Shown: piece after piece, positions 43,141-54,848 of the stretch
Layout: every line of letters starts with the position of its first letter
Position numbering within the stretch: position 1 is the stretch's first letter
Origin: an uncultured Prochlorococcus sp.
Lineage (GTDB): Bacteria > Cyanobacteriota > Cyanobacteriia > PCC-6307 > Cyanobiaceae
Direction: 5' to 3'
Assembly: GCA_902606505.1 (NCBI GenBank)
Contig: CACLGU010000003.1
Span: 2,292 to 66,291 of the forward strand
DNA: 64,000 bases
Program-made: the position numbers and the translations under genes
The notes under the pieces: generated by a model
What the model was told of the DNA's origin: nothing
The model's input: only the letters and a program-made list of their open reading frames with translations
Databases searched by the model: none

Positions 43141-44286
43141 ATGTCCAAGGATATCAAATTTAATTTCTTAAACTCTGATGAAGAAGAAAGATATCAAAAA
43201 CATTTAACCCTCAAAGAGATAGGTTATGAGGGTCAACTAAATCTTAAAAAAAGCTCAGTATTATGCATTGGAGCTGGTGGACTTGGGTCTTCAGTTTTGC
43301 TTTATCTAGCGGCAACAGGAATTGGGAGGATTGGAATAGTAGATAACGATCAAGTTGAAAAGTCTAATCTTCAGAGACAGATAATTCATGAAACAAATAC
43401 GATTGGCAATCTGAAAATTAATTCTGCCAAGGAAAGAATTAAAAAATTGAATCCTAATTGTGAAATATTAACCTTTTCAGAAAGAATCAATCCTAAAAAT
43501 GCCCTTGAATTAATAAATGAGTTTGATGTTATTTGTGATTGCTCGGATAACTTTGGCACAAGATATTTAATAAATGATTCATGTCTGATATTAAATAAAC
43601 CCCTTGTATTTGGAAGTGTACAAGGCTTTGAAGGGCAAGTAAGTGTTTTCAATTTATTTAAAAATAGTCCTAATTTAAGAGACTTACTTCCAGAATCACC
43701 TTCAAAAAATGCTGCCCCTAGTTGTGCAGAGTACGGCGTTGTAGGCGTTTCAACAGGTTTAATAGGAGTTCTTCAGGTTAATGAAATTATCAAAATCATT
43801 TTGAAAAAAGGTGAAACTTTAGATGGGAAGATTTTAATTTTTGATCTGTTGAAGATGAATATAAAAAAATTAACTCTAAAAAGTGATCAGTTAAATAAAC
43901 GAATTAAAAATCTGTCTCAAAATGAGGACTTTTATAATAGCGATGAATATTGTGAGAAAAATAATGAAATTAATACTATTAATGCTAATGACTTTAATAG
44001 TTTATATAAAGCAAAACGCAACAAAATTCTTATAATTGACGTTAGAGAAAATGAAGAATTTTCTACTTCTGCAATAGAGGGATCTATATCAATTCCCTTA
44101 AGTCATTTAGACCAAAATTCTGACTTAAAATTTATTCAAAAAGAAAGTTTAAGTAAAGAGGTTTTCACTATATGTAAATCGGGGAAGCGTTCTGAAGAAG
44201 CATCAAGAATCTTGTCTAAATTCAAAATTCAGTCAAGATCTATTGAAGGCGGCATTGAAAAGGTAAGAAAAATATTGTGCAACTAA
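43141..44286 (+). CDS. moeB: MoeB/ThiF adenylyltransferase with rhodanese domain
   Basis: GAGGLG, SNLQRQ, DCSDNF.TR, SCAE.GV; rhodanese DVRE..E and CKSGKRS. Confidence 0.92.
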   Translation: MSKDIKFNFLNSDEEERYQKHLTLKEIGYEGQLNLKKSSVLCIGAGGLGSSVLLYLAATGIGRIGIVDNDQVEKSNLQRQIIHETNTIGNLKINSAKERIKKLNPNCEILTFSERINPKNALELINEFDVICDCSDNFGTRYLINDSCLILNKPLVFGSVQGFEGQVSVFNLFKNSPNLRDLLPESPSKNAAPSCAEYGVVGVSTGLIGVLQVNEIIKIILKKGETLDGKILIFDLLKMNIKKLTLKSDQLNKRIKNLSQNEDFYNSDEYCEKNNEINTINANDFNSLYKAKRNKILIIDVRENEEFSTSAIEGSISIPLSHLDQNSDLKFIQKESLSKEVFTICKSGKRSEEASRILSKFKIQSRSIEGGIEKVRKILCN

Positions 44287-44301
44287 TAATTTTAAGAATA
44301 T

Positions 44302-45462
44302 TTAGTAATCTACACCTCTTTTCAAATCAACTCCAACATTTGCATAATGCTTATGACAAACCATTTCAGAGTAGACATCAGCAAGATCAAAGTATGAAGG
44401 TTCATTTTTACATCTCCCAGTAATGACAACTTCTGTGTCTGCTGGTTTTTTTAAGAGTGTTTGATGTATCGATTCAACAGGTAGCAGCTCTAAATCAACT
44501 GTTGGATTCAATTCATCTAATATAATTGTTTTATACAAACCAGACAAAATAGCAGCTTTCGCAATTTCCCATGCTCTTTCAGCCTCAACATAATCAATTG
44601 GTTGTTGCTGCCCTCTCCAGACGATAGCATCTCTGCCTGAACGCAAATGATCTACTAAATGCGGGTAACTCTCTCTCAAAGCTTCTATTGCAGCATCTTC
44701 GGTATAACCATTCCCACCTTTTAACCACTGTAGTATTAAAACTCTATGACTTTTATCTTGAGATATTCCTTTACCGATAGCTTGAAGAGCCTTACCAAGT
44801 GCACTTGTGGATTTACCCTTTCCTTCACCTGTATAAATCTCAATTCCACCACTAGAACTACTTTGTCTGGTTTGTGTTGATAAGTTTCCTGTCAAACGTG
44901 GTCTCATTTCTGAATGGAGTTGGGATATTCTTACCAAAGAGGAAGGGGCTGCCCTTCCGGTAATAATTATTTCTAATCCATCTGGACGGTTTTGAAGAGA
45001 GTCAACTACTTCATTGATATCAAGCATTCCTAAATCAAGAACTGGATTTAACTCATCTAGTACAACAACAGAATAAAGAGAACTAGCAATTGCTCCTTTA
45101 GCGATATTCCAACCTCTCTCAGCCTCACCAACATCAAACTTTGTGACTTGATCAGCAGTAAAAAATTCAGATCTTCCTGTCCTAACATGGTCAATTAAAT
45201 GTGGAAAGCCTCTTTGTAAAGCCTCTATGGCTGAATCCTCGTCGTATGGCCTCTCAGGACCTTTTAAAAATCTTAGAAGTAAAACCCTTGACTGTCTTTT
45301 TTCGCATATACCTAATCCTATTGTTCTGAGAACTACTCCCAAAGCAGCCTGGCTTTTTCCCTTACCCTCTCCATCATAAATATGTAATTGACCTTTTGAT
45401 CTCTCCTGACTGTCACTTGCAGTGACAATTCCAATTCCTCTATTTCTACTCGTATTCGCCAA
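44302..45462 (-). CDS. cobO: Cob(I)alamin adenosyltransferase (tandem domains)
   Basis: Two GEGKGKS P-loops; LDELN and TGR each present twice. Confidence 0.9.
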   Translation of the reverse strand: MANTSRNRGIGIVTASDSQERSKGQLHIYDGEGKGKSQAALGVVLRTIGLGICEKRQSRVLLLRFLKGPERPYDEDSAIEALQRGFPHLIDHVRTGRSEFFTADQVTKFDVGEAERGWNIAKGAIASSLYSVVVLDELNPVLDLGMLDINEVVDSLQNRPDGLEIIITGRAAPSSLVRISQLHSEMRPRLTGNLSTQTRQSSSSGGIEIYTGEGKGKSTSALGKALQAIGKGISQDKSHRVLILQWLKGGNGYTEDAAIEALRESYPHLVDHLRSGRDAIVWRGQQQPIDYVEAERAWEIAKAAILSGLYKTIILDELNPTVDLELLPVESIHQTLLKKPADTEVVITGRCKNEPSYFDLADVYSEMVCHKHYANVGVDLKRGVDY

Positions 45463-45570
45463 TTGAACAAAATTAGTAAATTTAATCTAAGATATAGATA
45501 ATAATATTATTAAAGATTTAATAATAAATTCAACCTATTCATAGGTAATTTGAATTTTAAAGTAATTAGC

Positions 45571-46395
45571 ATGTTCAATCAACTAGAAATTCTCTCTGAT
45601 GAACAAAGTGAAAAGCTTTATACAATTAGAAGATACATTAAGAATCTTGATAGTGTTTGTATAGCTTATTCCGGAGGAGTTGATAGTACATTAGTAGCAT
45701 CATTAGCATTCGAGCAATTAGGTAGCAAAGCAATTGCTATAACTGGTGTTTCTCCTGCATTAGCCAATGCTCTTCGTGAAGAAGCAAGAAGGCAGGCAAA
45801 ATGGATTGGAGTAAAGCATTTAGAAATTAAAACATCAGAATTAGACCAATCAAGTTATAGTAAAAATCCTAAAGATAGGTGCTTTGCATGCAAAAAAGAG
45901 CTTCACAAACATACAACCTACCTCTCTAAAAAACTTAATTACAAGATTGTCCTAGATGGAGTTAATCTGGATGATCTTAAAGATTACAGACCAGGTATGC
46001 AAGCCTCAAAACAAGCAGGGGTTATTTCTCCCCTTGCAAAATTTAAAGTCTCAAAACAAGATATTAGGGATATATCAAGAGCATTGGGGTTTCCTTGGTG
46101 GGATAAACCTGCTCAACCTTGCTTATCATCAAGATTTCCTTATGGCCATGAAATAACTAGTGAAAGGCTAAAAATGGTTGAGAAAGCAGAAGAATATCTT
46201 AAAGAATGTGGATTATCGGAGGTTAGAGTTAGATGCCAAGGATCAACTGCAAGAATAGAGATTCCCCAAGATGAATTAAAACATTTTTTTAACAAATATG
46301 ATTTTTGTGAGTTAGTTCAATATTTTTCTAATTTAGGATTTAATTGCACAAGTTTAGATCTTGAGGGACTAGTAAGCGGAAAATTAAATAGGTAA
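45571..46395 (+). CDS. larE: LarE-like ATP-dependent sacrificial sulfur transferase (TIGR00268)
   Basis: AYSGGVDS, RCFACK, DYRPG, PCLSSRFP. Confidence 0.88.
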   Translation: MFNQLEILSDEQSEKLYTIRRYIKNLDSVCIAYSGGVDSTLVASLAFEQLGSKAIAITGVSPALANALREEARRQAKWIGVKHLEIKTSELDQSSYSKNPKDRCFACKKELHKHTTYLSKKLNYKIVLDGVNLDDLKDYRPGMQASKQAGVISPLAKFKVSKQDIRDISRALGFPWWDKPAQPCLSSRFPYGHEITSERLKMVEKAEEYLKECGLSEVRVRCQGSTARIEIPQDELKHFFNKYDFCELVQYFSNLGFNCTSLDLEGLVSGKLNR

Positions 46396-46401
46396 ATATT
46401 G

Positions 46402-46836
46402 TCAAACAATCGTTCTGATCTGTTTAGAGACTGCTGAAGGTGGATTTCGCTCAATGACACGCAAAGAATGTTCTTTAGCCATCAAAGATTCAATTAAATA
46501 TTGACTAGCTAGTTCAGGTATCATATTTTTACCACATGTAAAAATATCGACTGCCGAATAATTAGATTCAGGCCAAGTATGTATCGAAATATGAGATTCT
46601 GCCAGTAATGCAATTGCAGTAACCCCTTGAGGCTCAAATTTATTACTAATCAAATTCAAAACGGTTGCATTTGCCAATTTAGCAGCTCTATTTAAAATAC
46701 AGCGCAAAAAGGATTCGTCATTTAATTTTTCGCGATCGCATTTATAAAGTTCCAACAAAAGGTGTTTACTTTGATGACTTAATTCTTGCTCATCACTTAA
46801 CGAACTTAAAATTTGACTTTTTTTGTAGATTTCCAT
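46402..46836 (-). CDS. speD: S-adenosylmethionine decarboxylase proenzyme
   Basis: F.PQGVT, ESHISIHTWPE, D.FTCG. Confidence 0.93.
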   Translation of the reverse strand: MEIYKKSQILSSLSDEQELSHQSKHLLLELYKCDREKLNDESFLRCILNRAAKLANATVLNLISNKFEPQGVTAIALLAESHISIHTWPESNYSAVDIFTCGKNMIPELASQYLIESLMAKEHSLRVIERNPPSAVSKQIRTIV

Positions 46837-46889
46837 TTAAGAAATTTATATGAAATTAAGATTAGCTAAAAAATCATGCATTTTTTAAA

Positions 46890-47981
46890 TTATAAATGAA
46901 TCATTTGTGAGGAGCCTAAGAAAGACTGATTAAATTTATCTAAATGTGTCGCACTTATAAAACATTGACTATCTTTACCAACAGAATTTAATAACAAATT
47001 TTGCCTGGTTAAATCTAATTCAGCTAAGACATCATCCAATATCAGTATTGGAGGAATATTTAATGTTTTAGTTAATAAATCGAGTTCAGCCATCTTTAAA
47101 GCCAAGATAAAAGTCCTTTGCTGTCCTGAGGAACCATATTTTCTAACTGAAACATTATTGATTAAAAACTCAACATCATCACGATGTGGTCCAAAATTAC
47201 ATTTACCAGTCAATGCTTCTATTGAACGCTGATTTAAGAGTTGCTCTGCTATTTTTTTACTAATAACTTCTTCTTCTTCTTCTTCTGGACTTATATTTTG
47301 TATCCCCGAAAGATAATTTATGTCTATTTGCTCCTGAGATTTACTTAGATGATTATGCCAATATTCAACATATGGTTTTATTTTTAATAAAGCTCTTCTT
47401 CTGCGCCTAAAAATTCTTGTACTTATTGTTGACATTTGAATATCAAAGCTTTCAACAATATCTGTGGATTGGGTTTTTAAGAAACTTTCAGAACGCCAAA
47501 AATGACTTCTTTGTTTTAAAAGCCTGTTAAATCTACTTATCAAGTCTAAATATACTGGTTCAAGCTGAGATACGACTTTATCAATCCATGTTCTTCGATA
47601 ACTTGGTTCACTTCTAACAATATCTATATCATTAGAACAGAAACATACACTTCGGATATAATTCTTTATTTCACTTTGTTTTCTCAAGATTGATTCATTG
47701 ACGTAAATTCTTTTAGGGCCTTTTCGGAATAAATTTAACTTTAAATCGTCTTTAAAATTTATCTGTCCTATAACTACAGCCATATCACTGTCGTTCTCTA
47801 TTAAATCTTTATCGCTTAGTGCTCTATTAGATTTTAATTGACTTAAAAATTCAACGGATTCAAGTAAATTTGACTTGCCAACACCATTGCAGCCAAGAAC
47901 AATTGTCCTTTGTTCTTTTAGATCAATTTCAAAACTTTTATGGTTCCGAAAATTTTTAATTTTTAATTTATTTAAAAAAAT
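46890..47981 (-). CDS. recF: DNA repair protein RecF (probable ATT start, 363 aa)
   Basis: Frame is open upstream of the ORF-track ATG (47783) and encodes IFLNKLKIKNFRN..GCNGVGKSNLLE (Walker A); C-terminal GPHRDD, SSGQQR, LDDVLAELD. Confidence 0.9.
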   Translation of the reverse strand: MFLNKLKIKNFRNHKSFEIDLKEQRTIVLGCNGVGKSNLLESVEFLSQLKSNRALSDKDLIENDSDMAVVIGQINFKDDLKLNLFRKGPKRIYVNESILRKQSEIKNYIRSVCFCSNDIDIVRSEPSYRRTWIDKVVSQLEPVYLDLISRFNRLLKQRSHFWRSESFLKTQSTDIVESFDIQMSTISTRIFRRRRRALLKIKPYVEYWHNHLSKSQEQIDINYLSGIQNISPEEEEEEVISKKIAEQLLNQRSIEALTGKCNFGPHRDDVEFLINNVSVRKYGSSGQQRTFILALKMAELDLLTKTLNIPPILILDDVLAELDLTRQNLLLNSVGKDSQCFISATHLDKFNQSFLGSSQMIHL

Positions 47982-48058
47982 TTTTTTTGTGCATTCATTT
48001 ATTAAATTAGCTAAGTTTAAAATATTTAGATTTTCTTTAAAGAAATTGAAAAATTAAA

Positions 48059-48132
48059 GGGCATGTAGCTCAGTTGGATAGAGCATCAGATTCCGGTTCT
48101 GAGAGTCGGGGGTTCGAATCCCTCCATGCTCG
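48059..48132 (+). tRNA. tRNA-Arg(CCG)
   Basis: GGGCATGTAGCTCAGTTGGATAGAGCA TCAGA TT CCG GT TCTGA..GGTTCGAATCC..CATGCTCG. Confidence 0.97.
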
Positions 48133-48143
48133 TAAAATGATTT

Positions 48144-48590
48144 TTAAAGTTTATATCCCATTACTCTTATTCCATTGGGATCTAGTATGAATCCATTTTC
48201 CTCTAAACTCATAAAAGAGGATACTGGAGCCTGTACAGAAATACTGCATCCGGGCATTTCTCTATTTATTTTCTCAAGAGTTACTTGAAGCAATATTGAA
48301 TAATAAATTTGCTGATTATTCCCTGGTAATGCGCTTAAATTCCACAAGTTGGCATTCAATCCCCTGTCGGAAGTAACCCTTACAAAGCCATATAATTTAT
48401 TTTTTAATTCACTCTGTATGGTAAAAAAGAAATTACTTTTCTTAATAGCCTCAGAAAGAGGCTTTATTGGAAATGTCTCGCAACCACAATTCGCTAAAAG
48501 TTTGTTAACTTCTTTAGCTAATGGGATTTGAGAAGAGTTAACAAAATAACCTTCTGGAAGAACAAGTTTTTTTTTAGAAAAATATTGCAA
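48144..48590 (-). CDS. GNAT-fold protein (Ycf52-like)
   Basis: GFVRVTSD.GLNANLW, GF.LDP.GIR.M. Confidence 0.75.
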   Translation of the reverse strand: MQYFSKKKLVLPEGYFVNSSQIPLAKEVNKLLANCGCETFPIKPLSEAIKKSNFFFTIQSELKNKLYGFVRVTSDRGLNANLWNLSALPGNNQQIYYSILLQVTLEKINREMPGCSISVQAPVSSFMSLEENGFILDPNGIRVMGYKL

Positions 48591-48593
48591 TTA

Positions 48594-51563
48594 TCAACCT
48601 GTATTTCTCATGCCAGCTGCTATCCCATTAATAGTTAAAAGTGCCCCCCTCAATAGTTCACTTCTGCTGTAAGCTCTTCTAGATTCATCTTTATCTATAA
48701 TGAATTCGCTTATTGGAGGTTGTCTTGTCTGGTCTCTTAATCTTCTAAGAAGTGAAACCTGCAAAAACCCTAATGGAATAATTGTCTTATTTCTCAAGCT
48801 TACTGATGATTTCAAGTCTCTATCAGATTCTAGGAGCTTATTTTTACCAGTAATTTCAAGTATTAAAGATTTTGTAAGATTATATTCTTTAGAAATTACT
48901 TCAAAAATATTATCAAAAGAATCTTTATTTTCTTTGCTGCCAAGAGTATCAACATAATATCTAGCAACTTCCAGATCCACCTTCGATAATGTCATTTCCA
49001 CCTTAGATATAAGCATCCTAAAAAATGGCCATCTTTGATGCAGAACTCTTAATAGTTCAATTTGTTGTGGATCTGAATTTAGTTCAGATGATAATGCAGT
49101 GCCTACTCCAAACCAACTTGGCAAAAGAAATCTACTTTGTGTCCAGCCAAATACCCATGGAATAGCTCTTAAACTTGACAAATCTTTTGCGCCTTTTTTT
49201 CTTCTTGCAGGCCTACTAGATATCTGTAATTTACTTATTTCTTCTATTGGAGTGACCTCTTGAAAAAAATTTAACAAATCAGGATTCTCATGCACTAATT
49301 TTCTGTAATGAGACCTTGATGTTTCTGCCAGCCTAGACATTAATTGATTCCATTCTGGAGTAGCGTCAAGTCTATTATTTACCAAACTATTTTGAATTAC
49401 CGCTGTAGTTACAGTCTCAAGATTATACAAAGCCAGTTCGGGAAGACTATATTTAGAAGCTAAAACTTCACCTTGTTCTGTTATTTTTATTCGTCCTTTT
49501 AAAGTGCCGCTTGGTTGAGCTAATATTGCCTGATAAGCTGGTCCGCCTCCTCTCCCAACAGAACCTCCTCTTCCATGAAAAAGTCTTAGCAATATGTTAT
49601 TTCTGCTTGAGAGATTTTGAAGAGCTATTTGGGCTCTATGAATTTCCCAATTACTAGAAACAAATCCTGAATCTTTATTACTATCAGAATATCCAAGCAT
49701 TAATTCTTGCAGAGGTTTAAAAGATTCTCCTACTTTTGGTAATAATGATTTATAGAAATCTAATTTAAACAACTTTTCCATTACTTCTGGTGCTCTTTTA
49801 AGGTCTTCCACAGTTTCAAAAAGAGGAACAACTAATAATTTTGACTTTTGTGAATTTTTATCAAGAAGTCCCATTTCTTTTGCCAGTAAGAGAACTTCAA
49901 GCAAATCAGATGCACTATGACTCATTGAAATTACATAAGAATGACAAATGCGACTTCCAAATTCTTGCTGTAGTCTCTTAACCATTTTAAAAACTGAAAA
50001 GGTTTCTTCTGTAGTTTTTGTCCAGTTAACGTCAGATGGAATTAAAGGCCTTTTTGTATTTAATTCGTCTATAAGCCATTTAATTTTCTCTTCCTCAGAC
50101 ATTTGGTCATATTGAACAGATAAATCAAGATAATTTGTAAGCTCTTGAATAGCGTCACTATGCCTTGTACTCTCTTGACGAATATCTAAACTTGCTAAAG
50201 AAAATCCAAAAATATGAACCTGAGTAAGTAAGTTGTTTACAGACTCGCAAGTTAAATCTGTACTAATTAAGCTATTTTTAATTAGCTCTAGATCATATGT
50301 AAATTCGTTTACTGACTTGTAATATAAATTTTCAACTTTATCTATATTTTTGCTATTAATTTCTCCCTCCAAGTCAAATTTCCACCCACTATCAGCTAAT
50401 AAATTATTTCTTTCTTGTGTTAACCTTAATTTCTCTAAAATATAACTTAATTTTAATCTATAGGGTTCTGATCTATACCTTGTAGCTCTAGCTTCATATA
50501 TTTCAGGGAACTTAACCCTGTCAGTTTCGAGTGATTCTAATAAGGAGGAACTTACTTGACTCCATTGCATCGACACACTTAATTGATCTCTAAGATTAGA
50601 CGTCGCAACAATATATCTTTCCAACATCAACTGCCTTTGGTAGCAAGCAGTTCTCCATGTTATCTCCGGAGTTACTGATGGATTACCGTCCCTATCAGAG
50701 CCTACCCAAGAACCGAAATTACAAAAAGATTCTGGGGGCAACTGAACATCTGGATAATTTTCGGTAAGTGCTTCAGTGATCCTGCCTCTCAATTGAGGCA
50801 TCGCATTAAATAAAACTTGCTGAAAATAATGCAAGGCATAATCAACTTCATCTAAAACTGAAGGTTTAAATTGATGCAATTCATCTGTTCTCCACCAAAG
50901 TCTTACTTCCTCTTTTAATTGGGTTTTTAGAGAAATTTTTTCTTCTTTTGTCAGAAATTGCTCAATCTGTATTTTTTTTAACAAATTTGCTACTCTTGTT
51001 TGCTTATGTCTAATCGTATGTCTAACTATTTCCGTCGGATGCGCAGTAAAAACTAAACGAATATCCATTTCCTGTAATAACTCCTCTAATTTTCCTGGTG
51101 GCACATTTAATTTTCTCAGCCTGTAAAATAGTTCTCTAAAAGTTACTGGAGCATTTTGCCTAGCCAACGCTGGGGCAAAAGGATCAAGATTGTCGGGCGA
51201 TTTTTGAACATCCTTATTGGTAAAGCTTTGAATATATCTATCTTCTTCAACTCTTTGTTCCAAAATATTCACGAGTTGAAAATATAATGAAAATGCCCTC
51301 GCTGCAGCTATGGATTCTGCTAAATCCATAGAATTTACAATATCAACTATTTCATTTTTAAAAGTTTTTGAACTATCACCATCAATTTGTTTTGAATAAC
51401 TTAATTCTTTAAGCTGTATCAATCTCTCTGCTTGATCATCTGGGCATTCTTCTCTGAGCACAGATTCCCAGAGATCTTCAATTAAAAGACGATTTTTATC
51501 AAGTGGATCATTATTACTTATCAGATCCACGTTATTATTTTTTATCTGTCGAAAAGATTCCAT
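48594..51563 (-). CDS. ppc: Phosphoenolpyruvate carboxylase
   Basis: [40 protein letters not shown]. Confidence 0.99.
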   Translation of the reverse strand: MESFRQIKNNNVDLISNNDPLDKNRLLIEDLWESVLREECPDDQAERLIQLKELSYSKQIDGDSSKTFKNEIVDIVNSMDLAESIAAARAFSLYFQLVNILEQRVEEDRYIQSFTNKDVQKSPDNLDPFAPALARQNAPVTFRELFYRLRKLNVPPGKLEELLQEMDIRLVFTAHPTEIVRHTIRHKQTRVANLLKKIQIEQFLTKEEKISLKTQLKEEVRLWWRTDELHQFKPSVLDEVDYALHYFQQVLFNAMPQLRGRITEALTENYPDVQLPPESFCNFGSWVGSDRDGNPSVTPEITWRTACYQRQLMLERYIVATSNLRDQLSVSMQWSQVSSSLLESLETDRVKFPEIYEARATRYRSEPYRLKLSYILEKLRLTQERNNLLADSGWKFDLEGEINSKNIDKVENLYYKSVNEFTYDLELIKNSLISTDLTCESVNNLLTQVHIFGFSLASLDIRQESTRHSDAIQELTNYLDLSVQYDQMSEEEKIKWLIDELNTKRPLIPSDVNWTKTTEETFSVFKMVKRLQQEFGSRICHSYVISMSHSASDLLEVLLLAKEMGLLDKNSQKSKLLVVPLFETVEDLKRAPEVMEKLFKLDFYKSLLPKVGESFKPLQELMLGYSDSNKDSGFVSSNWEIHRAQIALQNLSSRNNILLRLFHGRGGSVGRGGGPAYQAILAQPSGTLKGRIKITEQGEVLASKYSLPELALYNLETVTTAVIQNSLVNNRLDATPEWNQLMSRLAETSRSHYRKLVHENPDLLNFFQEVTPIEEISKLQISSRPARRKKGAKDLSSLRAIPWVFGWTQSRFLLPSWFGVGTALSSELNSDPQQIELLRVLHQRWPFFRMLISKVEMTLSKVDLEVARYYVDTLGSKENKDSFDNIFEVISKEYNLTKSLILEITGKNKLLESDRDLKSSVSLRNKTIIPLGFLQVSLLRRLRDQTRQPPISEFIIDKDESRRAYSRSELLRGALLTINGIAAGMRNTG

Positions 51564-51616
51564 ATAATCATTATGTCACAAGTGAAAATGTTCAGATCAA
51601 ATGTTTATTTAAATAA

Positions 51617-52735
51617 TCAAACATTCATAGCCTCACTCCTAATCATATCCTCGATAGAAATTTGCATTATCTGCTCAATAGAAAGACCTTTTTCATATTG
51701 ATTTATCCATTTCATAGATTGATTGCCTTCTTCAAGCACTTTATAGATAGGGTCTAAAAGACGTTTCATACCATAATTTTCTGCTGTGGATGATAAATCT
51801 GATAATAAGTTTTGAATCCATTCTCTACAAATAACTCTTTTGCCGTCTTGCCAGTGAATTAACTCTGAATTCAGACTATCTTTAGCCGCATTAATTTCAT
51901 TTTGGTCACATATTTCTGACAACTCATCCATAGAAAAAGTACTCGCATTCATAGGATCTAAGGTATTTATATTTTCAAAAAGATTTAAAATCCTTAGTTC
52001 TATCATGGCGGTTATCCCTAGAAGCAGATTAATATCGTAAACAAAATCACAAATTCTTAATTCCAAACGGTCAAGGATTAAAGGTCTTTGGGGACCATTT
52101 GGTCGGATTGACGACCAAAAATGCCTAATATTTTGCATTTTTTTATTAGATATATTTTCCTCTATCCAATCGATATAAGAATTATGATTTACAAAAAAAG
52201 GAACTCTACTAGGCGTTTTAGGAAACTGGATCCATCTCTGAGAGTGATTATTCGTAATTTTATTATTTAAAAAAGGTGAGCTAGCACTTAATGATAGATA
52301 TAAAGCAGCCTCAGATCTTATAAGTCTTATAGCTGTAAAAAGTTTATCTAAATCATCTATTCCTATGTTTATATGGACACTAGAAGTTGCAATAGATATT
52401 CCATAATTATCTTGAATAAATTGATGATAGACGTTGTCAATATCAGATCTTTGAAATTTAATATCGTGATTAAAACAAAGAGTTGATGAAGGAATGATTG
52501 TTAAATTTTTAGTATTTAACCACTTCCTTAGCTTTTTTCTTGGAATTATTAATTTCTCATATAAAGAACCGTAGTCTTTTTCAGGTGTTGTTATGTATTC
52601 AACGTTTCTGTTATCTGGCTCTTTTACAAAATCAGGAAATTTTTTCTCAATTTCACCCGAAACACCAATATGAGAATTTAAAGAACCTGTGAAAAGTTCC
52701 ACCTCAAAACCCTTATAAAGATTATTTTGACTCAT
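51617..52735 (-). CDS. gshA: Glutamate-cysteine ligase
   Basis: KGFEVE, EPDNRNVEY, SVHINIG, RPNG, RLELRICD. Confidence 0.92.
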   Translation of the reverse strand: MSQNNLYKGFEVELFTGSLNSHIGVSGEIEKKFPDFVKEPDNRNVEYITTPEKDYGSLYEKLIIPRKKLRKWLNTKNLTIIPSSTLCFNHDIKFQRSDIDNVYHQFIQDNYGISIATSSVHINIGIDDLDKLFTAIRLIRSEAALYLSLSASSPFLNNKITNNHSQRWIQFPKTPSRVPFFVNHNSYIDWIEENISNKKMQNIRHFWSSIRPNGPQRPLILDRLELRICDFVYDINLLLGITAMIELRILNLFENINTLDPMNASTFSMDELSEICDQNEINAAKDSLNSELIHWQDGKRVICREWIQNLLSDLSSTAENYGMKRLLDPIYKVLEEGNQSMKWINQYEKGLSIEQIMQISIEDMIRSEAMNV

Positions 52736-54256
52736 TTATTTATCCAAACAGGCTAATGCTTTGAGTATCCCCTTTGCTTTATTTATCGTCTCTTGATATT
52801 CATTTTCAGGAAAAGAATCAGCAACTATTCCAGCTCCTGCTTGCACTGACACATCATATTTCCCATCTGTTGAGGGTTTAACTATCATGGTTCTTATCGT
52901 AATTGCTGTATTTAATGAACCATTAATATCAATAGATCCGTATACTCCTGCATAAGGTCCTCTAGCATCTTTTTCAAAATGCTTAATCAATTGCATAGCT
53001 CTTATTTTTGGGGCGCCAGTTACTGTCCCAGCGGGAAAGGATGCTTTGAGCAAATCCCATACATCAGCATTATTTTTTAAGATTCCCTCAACTTGACTGA
53101 CTATATGCATAACATGTGAATATTTCTCAATAACCATTAAATCCTTGACCTTGACAGTACCAATTTCACAAACTCTTCCAAGATCATTTCTCCCAAGATC
53201 AATTAGCATTACATGCTCAGCTATCTCTTTGGGATCTTTTAGTAATTCCTTTTCTAATTCCAAGTCTTGTTGATTATCAATACCCCTAGGTCTCGTGCCA
53301 GCTATTGGTCTTAAGCTTGCAACAATCTGACTATTTTTATTTTTTTCTGCTTTAACCATTACTTCAGGACTTGAACCTATCAGATACCATGAGCCGAAAT
53401 CAAAAAATGACATGTATGGAGATGGATTAACCATCCTCAAACTTCTATATAAATTAAAGGGATCATTATTGACTTGAGTTTGGAATCTCTGACTTATAAC
53501 TATTTGAAAGATATCTCCCTTTCTTATATATTCTTTTGCAGAGAGAACTGCATCCTCAAAATCTTTTTTCTCCCAATTACTTTCTAGATCTAAATTCAAA
53601 TTCTCATTTTCATTCCAATCTAAAAACTCATTTTCTTTTAGAGGAACTCTCATTAAATTTCTAGTTTCCTGAATTTTAAATATTGAGTTTAGATACAACT
53701 CTTCAATCGAAGATTCTTTAGAAGAAGTTGTATCGGCATAAACCACTGCAGTAATACATCTTTTTATTTGATCAAAAACAACTAATTGATCAAAAAACAT
53801 CCAAGAACCATGAGGGATATTGTTTTCTGGTATTTCATTTATTGGAACGCTTGGCTCTATTTGATTTATTAATTCATAACCCCAAGAGCCATATAACTGT
53901 CCAATTGATGGTAATTCTTTAAGCATGGTTGACTTATATTCCATTGTCCAACTTTTTAAAATATCAAAAGGATCACCTTTATGTATTTCAGTTTTGCCAT
54001 TATTCCAAGTTTTAACTATTTCTTCTCCATAACAAACTGCTTCCCAAAGAGGTTTAGTAGCAACAATACTCCACCTACCCAAATTCTCCCCACCTTCAAC
54101 AGATTCAAGAAAAACACCATGGGAATCTTTTGAAGATAATTTTAACCAAGTCGATAATGGAGTCTCTAAATCAGCTGGCCAAGTTTCAACTATAGGTATA
54201 AAATTTTTACCTTCTTTGTAAGCCTTTAAAAAACTTTCTTTCTGTGAGCTGATCAT
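52736..54256 (-). CDS. trpE: Anthranilate synthase component I
   Basis: LES, NPSPYM, PIAGTR, FPAGTVTGAPK. Confidence 0.95.
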   Translation of the reverse strand: MISSQKESFLKAYKEGKNFIPIVETWPADLETPLSTWLKLSSKDSHGVFLESVEGGENLGRWSIVATKPLWEAVCYGEEIVKTWNNGKTEIHKGDPFDILKSWTMEYKSTMLKELPSIGQLYGSWGYELINQIEPSVPINEIPENNIPHGSWMFFDQLVVFDQIKRCITAVVYADTTSSKESSIEELYLNSIFKIQETRNLMRVPLKENEFLDWNENENLNLDLESNWEKKDFEDAVLSAKEYIRKGDIFQIVISQRFQTQVNNDPFNLYRSLRMVNPSPYMSFFDFGSWYLIGSSPEVMVKAEKNKNSQIVASLRPIAGTRPRGIDNQQDLELEKELLKDPKEIAEHVMLIDLGRNDLGRVCEIGTVKVKDLMVIEKYSHVMHIVSQVEGILKNNADVWDLLKASFPAGTVTGAPKIRAMQLIKHFEKDARGPYAGVYGSIDINGSLNTAITIRTMIVKPSTDGKYDVSVQAGAGIVADSFPENEYQETINKAKGILKALACLDK

Positions 54257-54315
54257 ATTAATAATGTCAGCCCAAATTATAATTATTTTCTTCTTTTATA
54301 TCAACTTTAAGGAAG

Positions 54316-54738
54316 TTAATCAAAAGTATTCTTAGTTGTAAATTTCAAACCAGCTGGATTAGGATTCTCACCTATTCTTCTAGGATTATGACCTACTTTC
54401 TCTCTACCTTCATTAACTTTTTCAGGGAAAACACCATCCTTTGGGTGTAAAAATTCAATATCGCCACCTGGGAAAATTCGGTAGATTTTAAAATCTTCAA
54501 TTCTTGGCTTGAAGGCTCTTAATTGTGTTCCTAATGCGAGACATTGTTCTTTTCTGGCAAAGTACATTAAATTATCGCCTTCATGCATAATAGCGGCTCC
54601 GCCTGTGGGCAATTCAAATGCTTGTTCCTTTGAACTTTTCCAAACAATTGCATATTTTTCTTCGGTTTCTGCTGAGTTTAATAAACCACCAGTACTTCCT
54701 ATATGCTTTGGAAATTGACCAACTAAAGTTTCAGTCAT
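54316..54738 (-). CDS. psaD: Photosystem I subunit II
   Basis: [32 protein letters not shown]. Confidence 0.98.
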   Translation of the reverse strand: MTETLVGQFPKHIGSTGGLLNSAETEEKYAIVWKSSKEQAFELPTGGAAIMHEGDNLMYFARKEQCLALGTQLRAFKPRIEDFKIYRIFPGGDIEFLHPKDGVFPEKVNEGREKVGHNPRRIGENPNPAGLKFTTKNTFD

Positions 54739-54848
54739 CCTTGATTTTGAGTTATTTATAATAAGAAATTAGCATTCATATTTTGCAAAATTCAAAATTT
54801 ACAGGAAATTTTCTACATTATTTAATATATGACAAATTTGTTTCTCAT

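Noticed and set aside
35357-48132. Islands at tRNA-Gln or tRNA-Arg
   Set aside because: Core-like genes follow within about 13 nt and no duplicated 3' fragments were seen.
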